A DNA stretch of 32,000 bases from Pseudodesulfovibrio mercurii (GTDB lineage: Bacteria; Desulfobacterota; Desulfovibrionia; Desulfovibrionales; Desulfovibrionaceae), in the NCBI RefSeq assembly GCF_000189295.2, contig NC_016803.1, positions 2,010,001 to 2,042,000 on the forward strand, given 5' to 3'. This document shows, one piece after another, positions 7,394-14,522 of the stretch (within the stretch, counting starts at the first letter, position 1; each line of letters begins with the position of its first letter). The notes under the pieces are model-generated. The model saw nothing but the letters and a program-made list of their open reading frames with translations, was not told the DNA's origin and ran no database searches. The position numbers were made by a program, and so were the translations under genes.

Positions 7394-8818
7394 TCAGACG
7401 GTCAGGGAGCCGACGAGCAGGACCGTGCCGAGCAGGCAGATGGCGGCGGCCCCGCACAGGGACAGTCCGGCGTGAAGGACGTTGAACAGGCGGCGGTTGC
7501 GGCCGGACAGGGTCAGGGCGGCCTTGCGGGCCGAGACCGCGAACCAGGCGAACAGGGTGGTGGTCAGCCCCATGCCCAGGGCCATGACCACCAGGGCGGC
7601 CAGGCCGGTCCAGAGGATGTTCAGGCCGATGGCGAAGGCCAGGATGACGGCCGCGCCCGGACAGGGGATCAGCCCGGTGACGAAGGACACGGCCAGGATG
7701 GAGCGCAGGTTTTCGCCCTCGGGTTCGGCGCGGGCGCAGGCGTCGGCCGCGAGGAGCCCGCCCCGGCGCAGGTCGAACACGGCCTTGACCAGGAGGAACA
7801 GCCCCATGAGGGCGAGGAGCCCGTACCCGGCGGGCTGGATGGCCCGGCTGGCGGCCGCGAACCCGCCCATGCCCGTGGAGAACACGAGATAGGCCGCGCC
7901 CACGGCCAGCACGGCCGAGCCCATATGCACGAAGGTGATGGCGTTGCCCATGAGCGCGCCGGTCATGAGCGATCCGGGGCGGCTCAGGAACCAGGAGCAG
8001 ACCACGGCCTTGCCGTGCCCCGGCCCCACGGCGTGGACCACCCCGTAGACGAAGGACAGCCCCAGGAACATCCACAGGGCCGGGCCCCACGGGTCGTCCG
8101 CAAGTTGGACTCCGAAGGCGTCGAGCCGCGCGGTCAGCGCCTTCTGGGCGGACCGGACCAAGCCCATAAACCGGGCGAGGAGGCCGGGCTCGTCCGTTTC
8201 CCCTTCCGCCACGGCGGGGGACGCGCCGGGGATCGCGCTCACGGACAGGTGCACGGCGTCGGGCACGATATAGCGCCAGTAGGTCTGGTCCCTGGCCGGG
8301 CGCATGGCGTGGCTGACCGCGATGCCGCCCTGGACGTCGAAGCGCACGCCGTTCTCGGCGTAGATCATGTCCGTATAATAGTCCCTGTCGAACACGGCCA
8401 TGCGGAAGTCGGCCAGCCGGTCCACGGGCAGGTCGAGGGGCACGTCGAAGTCGTAGACGAAGCGGTTGCCCTTCAGCCCGGCCCGGAAGTGCTCCACCCG
8501 GACCGGCAGCCGCTCGCCCCCGGCCTCGACCAGGGTGAAATAGTGGTAGTTGGACAGGTACTGGAAGGCCCCGTCGCGCACGGCCGCCTGGCCCTGGGGC
8601 GTGGCCAGGGAGGCCGCGTCCAGGCCCAGGTCGCTCAGGATGGCCCGGGTGAACATCTCGTCGAAGAGCCAGCTCTGGTGCACGCCCGACAGCCCGGCGT
8701 CGTCCAGGCGGAAGGTCAGGGACACGTCCACGTAGACGTGCGGGTGGGCTTCGGCCCGGTCCGGGGCCAGGGCCGGACAACACAGGCTCGCCAGGAGAAG
8801 GATGATGATCGTGCGCAT
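7394..8818 (-). CDS. Fusion protein: periplasmic DUF1007-like domain + NicO/RcnA-like nickel/cobalt transporter permease
   Basis: I take the start at the internal ATG (comp. 8816-8818), giving the signal peptide MRTIIILLLASLCCPALA. AHPHVYVDVSLTF opens a DUF1007-type domain of about 240 aa. A multi-TM domain follows, with the HAVGPGHGK and PCPGA motifs typical of COG2215 NicO-type transporters. There is one uninterrupted frame. Confidence 0.8.
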   Translation of the reverse strand: MRTIIILLLASLCCPALAPDRAEAHPHVYVDVSLTFRLDDAGLSGVHQSWLFDEMFTRAILSDLGLDAASLATPQGQAAVRDGAFQYLSNYHYFTLVEAGGERLPVRVEHFRAGLKGNRFVYDFDVPLDLPVDRLADFRMAVFDRDYYTDMIYAENGVRFDVQGGIAVSHAMRPARDQTYWRYIVPDAVHLSVSAIPGASPAVAEGETDEPGLLARFMGLVRSAQKALTARLDAFGVQLADDPWGPALWMFLGLSFVYGVVHAVGPGHGKAVVCSWFLSRPGSLMTGALMGNAITFVHMGSAVLAVGAAYLVFSTGMGGFAAASRAIQPAGYGLLALMGLFLLVKAVFDLRRGGLLAADACARAEPEGENLRSILAVSFVTGLIPCPGAAVILAFAIGLNILWTGLAALVVMALGMGLTTTLFAWFAVSARKAALTLSGRNRRLFNVLHAGLSLCGAAAICLLGTVLLVGSLTV

Positions 8819-8893
8819 GGTCGGTTCCGGCACAGATAAGGGAGAGCCGGGAAGATGGCAAGCCCGTTTCCCGGCGGAAACGCCCGCAGCACG

Positions 8894-8922
8894 TTGCTTT
8901 TTCGGGAAATGCGTTCTAAATT
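8894..8922 (+). promoter_or_regulatory. Possible sigma70 promoter placing the TSS at or next to the ATG of the SBP gene (leaderless candidate)
   Basis: TTGCTT (8894-8899), a 17 nt spacer, TAAATT (8917-8922), then gcgcc and ATG at 8928. No Shine-Dalgarno sequence is visible. Confidence 0.3.
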
Positions 8923-8927
8923 GCGCC

Positions 8928-9680
8928 ATGTTCCGCGATTCGGCACGTATCTCCCATCAACCGCCCCTGCTGCTCTGTTTCCTGTGGTTCCTGCTGGCCC
9001 TCCCGGTCCCGGCCCAGGCCCAGGCCCTGCGGCTGCGCATCGCGACCCTGGAGCTGGGCGCGTGCGGGCACCTGGAAAAGGGTCGCCCGGTCGGGTTCTG
9101 TTACGAACTCGGCGAGATCCTGGCCCGTGCGGCGGGCATGGAGCCGGTCAACCATCTCGTGCCCCTGGCCAGGGGGCTGGACGAGATCGCCTCGGGCGCG
9201 GCGGACATGATCATCATGCCGCCGGAAGCGGACATCGCCGACCTGGCCGAGGACATCGGCCGGGTCAAGCCCGTGACCATGGTGGCCTGGGCGCGGGTGG
9301 AGACCCCCCTGCGCGACGTCCGCGACCTGGGCGGCAAGACCGTGGCCGTGATCCGGGGCTCGCGGCACGAGCTGGACCAGGCCAAAAAGTTCAAGTTCAT
9401 CCCCTTCCCGTGCAAGAACCACGAGCTCGGCTTCAAGATGCTCATGGCCGGGCGCGTGGACGCCGTGCTCGGCCCGCTCCAGGGGCTGACCGCCGAGGCC
9501 GGGCGGCTGGGCCTGCGCCGCCGCTTCCTGGGAGAGCCGCTGGTCCTGGGACGGGACGACATGCGCGTCTATGCGTCCAGGCGGCTGCCCGAGGACGTGC
9601 GCGGCCGCCTGAAGGCGGCCCTGGACCGGCTCATCGAGGACGGGAGCGTGGCCCGGCTGCGGGACAAGTACCCCCTATAA
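8928..9680 (+). CDS. Periplasmic solute-binding protein, family 3 (amino-acid-ABC-like SBP domain)
   Basis: Starting at ATG 8928 gives the signal peptide ..LLLCFLWFLLALPVPAQAQA. The body (..IASGAADMIIMPP.., GKTVAVIRGS.., LMAGRVDAVLGP) resembles SBP_bac_3. It lies directly upstream of a sensor kinase. Confidence 0.75.
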   Translation: MFRDSARISHQPPLLLCFLWFLLALPVPAQAQALRLRIATLELGACGHLEKGRPVGFCYELGEILARAAGMEPVNHLVPLARGLDEIASGAADMIIMPPEADIADLAEDIGRVKPVTMVAWARVETPLRDVRDLGGKTVAVIRGSRHELDQAKKFKFIPFPCKNHELGFKMLMAGRVDAVLGPLQGLTAEAGRLGLRRRFLGEPLVLGRDDMRVYASRRLPEDVRGRLKAALDRLIEDGSVARLRDKYPL

Positions 9681-9772
9681 CCGTGATGACAGGGTGCGGT
9701 GAGTCGTGTACAGGCTGTCGGGAGGATGCACGATTCGGGAGCCCCCTTCCCCCCATTTTTTCCGGAAAGCAG

Positions 9773-11704
9773 ATGCGAGCAGACAACCCCAAGAGAAAAC
9801 GGCCTCTCCTGACCAGCAGGTCCATCTCGCGGGACCTGACCTTCAGCCTGGTGGTCATCGTCATGATCATCGCCACGGCCCTCGGCGGGTTCATCTACTG
9901 GCAGCAGTCCCAGGAGATGTGGGCCACGGCCGAGAAAAAGGGCGAGGACACCATCTCCTCGGTGGCCGAAATCCTGGCCGTGCCCATCTGGAACCTGGAC
10001 TACGACAACGCCCGGCTCATCGGCTCGGTCTACACCCACGACGACATGGTCCAGGGCATCCGCATCTACGGCTCGCGCAACGAGGTGGTCTTCGCCCACG
10101 AGAAGTTCTCGGGCACGCCCGCGGACTTCAGCCAGGTCCGGCCCATCGTCTTCGAGGGCCGCACCATCGGCCGGGCCGAGATCGACTTCACCCTGGAGCG
10201 CGAGAAGAAGCGCCTGGACGAACAGATGTTCGTCTCGATCATCATCATCGTGGTCTCCATCTCCGTCATCCTGGCCATCACCGGCCTGCTCCTGCGCGTC
10301 TTCCTGAACAAGCCGCTCATGGTCCTCCAGTCCGGCATCGCCCGCGTGGCCAAAGGCGACTTCTCCTACGACTTCGGCGAGGTCTACCACGCGGAACTGC
10401 TGGAGATCGCCAAGCGATTCCGGCGCATGTCCATCGAGATCGAGGGCCGCGAGAACAAGCTCCAGACCATGAACAAGACCCTCCAGGAAGCGGAGGAGAA
10501 ATACCGGTCCATCTTCGAGAACGCCATCGAGGGCATCTTCCAGGCCACCCCGGACGGCGTGCTTCGCCGGGCCAACCCGGCCATGGCCCGCATCTTCGGC
10601 TACGACTCCCTGGACGAGTTCCTGTCCAACGTCCGCTCCCTGAGCTCCCGGATCATGGTCAACCCGGACCACATGCAAGGGTTCTTCGACCGCGTGCGCG
10701 ACCAGGGCGAGGTCAAGCGGTTCGAGGCCGAGTACTACCGCCGCGACGGCAAGACCATCTGGGGCTCCCTCAACGCCCGGGCCATCCACGACGAGCGGGG
10801 CAACTTCGTGTTCGTGGACGGCATCCTCGAGGACATCACCGACCGCAAGAAGGCCGAGCAGGACCTGGCCGACCTGAACCGCCACCTGGAACAGTTGGTC
10901 CGCGAGCGCACCGAGGACCTGGTCAACAAGGCCCGCGAGCTGGAGGAGGCCAACCAGCGGCTGCGCGAACTGGACGAGATGAAGTCCGCCTTCCTCTCCT
11001 CGGTCTCCCACGAGCTGCGCACACCCCTGACCTCCATCCTGGGCTTCGCCAAACTCCTGAACAAGGAGTTCACGCGCAACTTCCTGCCCCTGGTCAGCCC
11101 GGAAGGCGCCCTGGCGCGCAAGGGCAAGCGCATCCGCGAGAACCTGGCCATCATCAGCCACGAGGGCGAACGGTTGACCCGGCTGATCAACGACGTCCTC
11201 GACCTGAACAAGATCGAGTCCGGCTCCATGGGCTGGCGCGACGAGGAGCTGGACATGAACGAGGTCATCGAGGTGGCCGCCAGTTCGGTCTCGGGCATGT
11301 TCGCCCAGACCACCCTGGAGCTGCGCACCGAGATCCAGCCGGGCCTGCCGCACATTGTGGCCGACCGCGACCGCATGCAGCAGGTGCTCATCAACCTGCT
11401 CAACAACGCCTCCAAGTTCACGGAAAAGGGCTCGGTCACCCTGCGCGCCTTCCCGCGCTTCAGCCAGCTGCGCGTGGAGGTGGTGGACACCGGCACCGGC
11501 ATCCACCCCGAGGACCAGTCCCAGATCTTCGAGAAGTTCCACCAGACCCACACCGACGACACCATGGTCAACAAGCCCAAGGGCACCGGCCTGGGCCTGA
11601 CCATCTGCCGCGAGATCATCGAGCACTACGGCGGCCGCATCTGGGTCGAGTCCGAAGTCGGCGTAGGCTCCACCTTCATATTTACTTTGCCTGCGATGCA
11701 ATAA
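9773..11704 (+). CDS. Sensor histidine kinase (2 TM, HAMP, PAS/PAC, HisKA, HATPase_c)
   Basis: I take the start at ATG 9773. There are two TM segments. The HAMP is LNKPLMVLQSGIARVAKGDF, the PAS is YRSIFENAIEGIFQATPDG.., the H-box is FLSSVSHELRTPLTSI, and the N/G boxes are LINLLNNASKFT and GTGLGLTICREIIEHYGGRIWVES. Confidence 0.92.
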   Translation: MRADNPKRKRPLLTSRSISRDLTFSLVVIVMIIATALGGFIYWQQSQEMWATAEKKGEDTISSVAEILAVPIWNLDYDNARLIGSVYTHDDMVQGIRIYGSRNEVVFAHEKFSGTPADFSQVRPIVFEGRTIGRAEIDFTLEREKKRLDEQMFVSIIIIVVSISVILAITGLLLRVFLNKPLMVLQSGIARVAKGDFSYDFGEVYHAELLEIAKRFRRMSIEIEGRENKLQTMNKTLQEAEEKYRSIFENAIEGIFQATPDGVLRRANPAMARIFGYDSLDEFLSNVRSLSSRIMVNPDHMQGFFDRVRDQGEVKRFEAEYYRRDGKTIWGSLNARAIHDERGNFVFVDGILEDITDRKKAEQDLADLNRHLEQLVRERTEDLVNKARELEEANQRLRELDEMKSAFLSSVSHELRTPLTSILGFAKLLNKEFTRNFLPLVSPEGALARKGKRIRENLAIISHEGERLTRLINDVLDLNKIESGSMGWRDEELDMNEVIEVAASSVSGMFAQTTLELRTEIQPGLPHIVADRDRMQQVLINLLNNASKFTEKGSVTLRAFPRFSQLRVEVVDTGTGIHPEDQSQIFEKFHQTHTDDTMVNKPKGTGLGLTICREIIEHYGGRIWVESEVGVGSTFIFTLPAMQ

Positions 11705-11731
11705 GCGGCTTCCGATAGCGGCGCATCTGCA

Positions 11732-11799
11732 CATTTTTTCCGGCCGGGCCAATCCTCACGTAGACGGCTACGCTGCGGTTGGCCCGACCGGAAAAAATG
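11732..11799. repeat. Long imperfect hairpin / inverted repeat downstream of the kinase gene
   Basis: 11732-11752 (cattttttccggccgggccaa) pairs with 11779-11799 (ttggcccgaccggaaaaaatg), 21 bp with one mismatch. The 26-nt loop contains a 5-bp sub-stem (cgtag/ctacg). Confidence 0.8.
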
Positions 11800-11977
11800 C
11801 ACAGCTACACCACTCTCGACAAATCCGCAGGACAGCGGATTTGGACGTTGCGGTCTTTCCGCAACGCCCCGAAGGGGTGAGCCCCAGGACGGGGCGAATC
11901 AAAGCCTAGTGCGCGCACGGGAGAGAGAGCCGCTGTCGGGTGCTGCGCACCCGAATCGCTCCAAAGAGGTAAGACAG

Positions 11978-12015
11978 GGCCTTCGACTCTATGTTGAGTC
12001 GGAGGCCTTTTTGTT
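11978..12015 (+). terminator. Strong rho-independent terminator with no obvious upstream gene
   Basis: GGCCTTCGACTC-tatgtt-GAGTCGGAGGCC forms a 12 bp stem with one G.U pair, followed by TTTTTGTT. The nearest upstream plus-strand CDS ends 270 nt earlier. Confidence 0.7.
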
Positions 12016-12219
12016 GGGGGTGCCCACCCCGCGAAGCTGCGACAAAAAGCTTGAAGGGGGTCCAGGGGGCATCCCCGCATCCTGTCAAGTTGCTTTTTTA
12101 TGCTTATCGGGCGCTTTTGGGCGTCATTCTTCAACAAAACAGGGTGTTGGCGAAAACCGGGGGTATGCTGGTTCGGATTCCCGGGGATGGGCCTCGGGGA
12201 CGAAGCCAGAGAGGTTGCC

Positions 12220-13590
12220 ATGGCAGCACCGTATATGTGTGAGACGAGGCGCGGCCCGGACGGGCGCATTGTGGAGAAAACCGAGACCGTCAGGGGGCGG
12301 AAGTCCGTCTGGGCCTACGCCTATGACGGGGACGGACGGCTGACCGAGGCCAAACTGGACGGGCGGGTCATCTGCCAGTGCTGGTACGACCGGGAGGGCC
12401 GCCGGGTGCGGGACTATCTGCCCGCCACGGCCGGGGCGAATTATCGGGATTACCAGTATACTCAGGACAACCGGCTGATGCGCGCCGGGTCCGGGCAGTA
12501 TTCCCACGACGAGCGCGGCTTCCGGTCCATCTGGTCGGACAGGGGCGTGTACACCCTGTACGAGTACAGCCCGGACTACCGGCTGCTCAAGGCCGAGGAG
12601 GAGGGCCGGAACAAGGCCTTGACCTTTGACCACGACGATGACGGGCGGCGCTCGGCCAAGTACCTGAACGGGCAGTTGGTCGAGGCCTACCGGTGGCTCG
12701 ACTTCGTGCGTCTGGCCGCGTTCCACGACGGGCGGCACGGTTACGAGTTCGCCTACCGCGAGGGCGAGCGCACGCCCTACGCCATGCGCCGGGACGACGG
12801 GACCGTGGCCGGGCTCTTATATGACCAGGTCGGCTCCCTGCGCGTGGTTGCCGACGTGGACGGAAACGTGATAAAGGAGGTCCTGTACGATCCCTTCGGC
12901 GGGATCATCGAGGACACCAACCCGAGCCTGCGCCTGCCCATCGGCTTCGCGGGCGGCCTCCACGACCGGGACCTGGGGTTCGTCCGCTTCGGCTGGCGCG
13001 ACTATGACGTCAGGACCGGCCGCTGGACCGCGCCCGACCCCATCGGGGACAAGGGCGGCGACCCGGACTGGTACGGGTATTGTCTGGACGACCCGGTGAA
13101 CATGCATGACCCCATGGGGTTGTTTGCTTGGATCCCGCTGGCAGGAGCCGCGATTGGTGCAGGCTCCAATGCCTATGACAATTGGGATGATTGGAGAAGC
13201 GGCAAGATGAGCACAGGCGACTATGCCACATCCGTTGGCCTGGGAGCTGTAACCGGCGCAGTGAGCACCATGGGCGGGGGTATAGGTTCAACCCTTCTGC
13301 TTGGTGGCGGCTCTGCCGCCTTGAACGAAGTTGGGAACCAGTACATCAGGACAGGCAAAGTCGATGATGTTGGGAAAGTTGCTGCAGCTGCTGGGAGCGG
13401 AGTAATCGGAGGGGCTGCCGGGAAGATCGGCAAGAGCGTCGGAAAGAACTTCGGCAGGATTACACCTTCCATGACGATCCCCCCCAAACCCCTCAAGGAT
13501 GCGAGCAATCTTGGAAGTGTTGTGAGTTCAACTGTCGGCACGGAGATGACTGACGACTGGCTCAACAAGGCTTTGGACAAGCAAAAATAA
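12220..13590 (+). CDS. Short Rhs/YD-repeat protein: YD repeats + RHS core tip (DPxGL) + glycine-zipper C-terminal (toxin-like) domain
   Basis: I take the start at ATG 12220, with GAGAGG 5 nt upstream. YD repeats are YAYDGDGRLTEA, WYDREGRRV, YQYTQDNRLMRA and FDHDDDGRRSAK. The core tip is GFAGGLHDRDLGFVRFGWRDYDVRTGRWTAPDPIGDKGGDPDWYGYCLDDPVNMHDPMGL and ends at 13122. The tail 13123-13587 is rich in GxxxG (GAAIGAG, GLGAVTGAVSTMGGGIGSTLLLGGG, GSGVIGGAAGKIG). Confidence 0.85.
   Translation: MAAPYMCETRRGPDGRIVEKTETVRGRKSVWAYAYDGDGRLTEAKLDGRVICQCWYDREGRRVRDYLPATAGANYRDYQYTQDNRLMRAGSGQYSHDERGFRSIWSDRGVYTLYEYSPDYRLLKAEEEGRNKALTFDHDDDGRRSAKYLNGQLVEAYRWLDFVRLAAFHDGRHGYEFAYREGERTPYAMRRDDGTVAGLLYDQVGSLRVVADVDGNVIKEVLYDPFGGIIEDTNPSLRLPIGFAGGLHDRDLGFVRFGWRDYDVRTGRWTAPDPIGDKGGDPDWYGYCLDDPVNMHDPMGLFAWIPLAGAAIGAGSNAYDNWDDWRSGKMSTGDYATSVGLGAVTGAVSTMGGGIGSTLLLGGGSAALNEVGNQYIRTGKVDDVGKVAAAAGSGVIGGAAGKIGKSVGKNFGRITPSMTIPPKPLKDASNLGSVVSSTVGTEMTDDWLNKALDKQK
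12912..13101 (+). repeat. Core-tip direct repeat, copy 1 (inside the main Rhs gene)
   Basis: 190 bp, roughly 96 percent identical by eye to 13902-14091. Its distal 162 bp match 14771-14932. Confidence 0.9.
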
Positions 13591-13598
13591 GGAAAGTG

Positions 13599-13826
13599 AT
13601 GTTAGGCATTGTCTTCATGTTTGTTGCAGGTGCAGTATGCATCATTGGCGGGTTATTTTTGATCCGAGAATGGTACTATACCCGGCATACAGACCTTCGC
13701 CCATTTTCATGGAAACGTTGGTTCAACAGAGATGAAGGGCTGAACCCCCTTGAAAAGCTTGTCAACGGAATAATAGGTATAATCATTGGTGCATTTGCGA
13801 CGTTGATCTTCCTGTCTTCCTTGTAG
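13599..13826 (+). CDS. Small 2-TM membrane protein, putative immunity protein for the preceding C-terminal domain
   Basis: 75 aa (ATG 13599; a GTG lies at 13596), starting 9 nt after the Rhs stop. TM1 is GIVFMFVAGAVCIIGGLFLI and TM2 is LVNGIIGIIIGAFATLIFLSSL. G+C is markedly lower than the surroundings. The function is inferred from position only. Confidence 0.55.
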   Translation: MLGIVFMFVAGAVCIIGGLFLIREWYYTRHTDLRPFSWKRWFNRDEGLNPLEKLVNGIIGIIIGAFATLIFLSSL

Positions 13827-13836
13827 ACTCACCGAT

Positions 13837-13874
13837 ACGCCCGAGGAAAAAGCCTCGGGCGTGTTTGATTTGTT
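13837..13874 (+). terminator. Rho-independent terminator closing cassette 1
   Basis: ACGCCCGAGG-aaaaag-CCTCGGGCGT followed by GTTTGATTTGTT. Confidence 0.7.
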
Positions 13875-14520
13875 GTGGCGAGTGTCGGGCGGAATTTTAG
13901 CGGACACCAACCCGAGCCTGCGCCTGCCCCTCGGCTTTGCGGGCGGCCTGCACGACCGGGACCTGGGCTTCGTCCGCTTCGGCTGGCGCGACTATGACGT
14001 CAGGACCGGCCGCTGGACCGCGCCCGACCCTATCGGCGACAAGGGCGGCGACCCGGACTGGTACGGGTATTGTCTGGACGACCCGGTGAACGGGGTTGAT
14101 CCGGCGGGGTTGGAAGGCGGGTTTTGGGATGGGGTCAAGAAAATCGGAGCGGGCTTCGGCAAGCTGTGGGACAAGGCCCCGGCCGGTATCGGTGAGGCCG
14201 TTACCAAGGGCGTGAAGGGGGCTGGCAAGGCATTGAGCAAAACGGCGGACGCCTTTGCCACCAACAAGGATTTGCAAAAATATACGGCGATCGCCTTAGG
14301 TGCGGGGGCTCTCCCCATCGTGGCGGCGACAGGCTCGGCAGTGGTGCCGGCGGCCATCGGAGCCGCCATGCAGCACCCGGACACGCTCGCAACCATGTCA
14401 AAAGCGACTGTCGATTTTGCGAATGGATACTTCGACGAAGGCCCGCCGCCGCCTTCCTGGCCCGGCTATCTCGGAGGGCTACTCGGAAAAGCGAAAGATA
14501 TCCACAAGAAAAAGAAGTGA
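13861..14520 (+). CDS. Orphan Rhs core-tip fragment fused to alternative C-terminal domain (CT2); probably not independently translated
   Basis: The frame reads ..DTNPSLRLPLGFAGGLHDRDLGFVRFGWRDYDVRTGRWTAPDPIGDKGGDPDWYGYCLDDPVNGVDPAGL, then a 135-aa Gly/Ala/Lys-rich tail (14113-14517) with the hydrophobic stretch YTAIALGAGALPIVAATGSAVVPAAIGAAM. The only start is GTG 13861, which lies inside the T-tract of the preceding terminator and has no RBS. Confidence 0.7.
   Translation: MFDLLWRVSGGILADTNPSLRLPLGFAGGLHDRDLGFVRFGWRDYDVRTGRWTAPDPIGDKGGDPDWYGYCLDDPVNGVDPAGLEGGFWDGVKKIGAGFGKLWDKAPAGIGEAVTKGVKGAGKALSKTADAFATNKDLQKYTAIALGAGALPIVAATGSAVVPAAIGAAMQHPDTLATMSKATVDFANGYFDEGPPPPSWPGYLGGLLGKAKDIHKKKK
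13902..14091 (+). repeat. Core-tip direct repeat, copy 2
   Basis: It aligns base for base with 12912-13101 at an offset of 990, with about 7 mismatches. Confidence 0.9.
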
Positions 14521-14522
14521 TT

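Noticed and set aside
7203-8861. 552-aa minus-strand and 513-aa plus-strand ORFs overlapping the DUF1007-NicO gene
   Set aside because: They are wrong-frame or antisense artefacts. Only the 7394-8818 frame gives a signal peptide, the HPHVYVD motif and TM helices.
8855-9772. 306-codon N-terminal extension of the histidine-kinase ORF (track start 8855); similar extensions occur at 20823, 27960, 30224, 24115 and 12100
   Set aside because: The extensions overlap upstream genes in another frame or cross terminators, and they encode Pro/Arg/Gly-rich sequence. Internal ATGs with RBS, signal or TM features give proteins of canonical length.
9569-11752. 727-aa minus-strand ORF antisense to the kinase
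   Set aside because: It is a low-complexity antisense frame with no recognisable domain.
12160-12190. ggttcggattcc, resembling a tRNA T-loop, as a possible tRNA or att remnant at the island edge
   Set aside because: The flanking bases cannot form a T-stem or acceptor stem, and no anticodon or D-arm can be drawn. It is probably chance.
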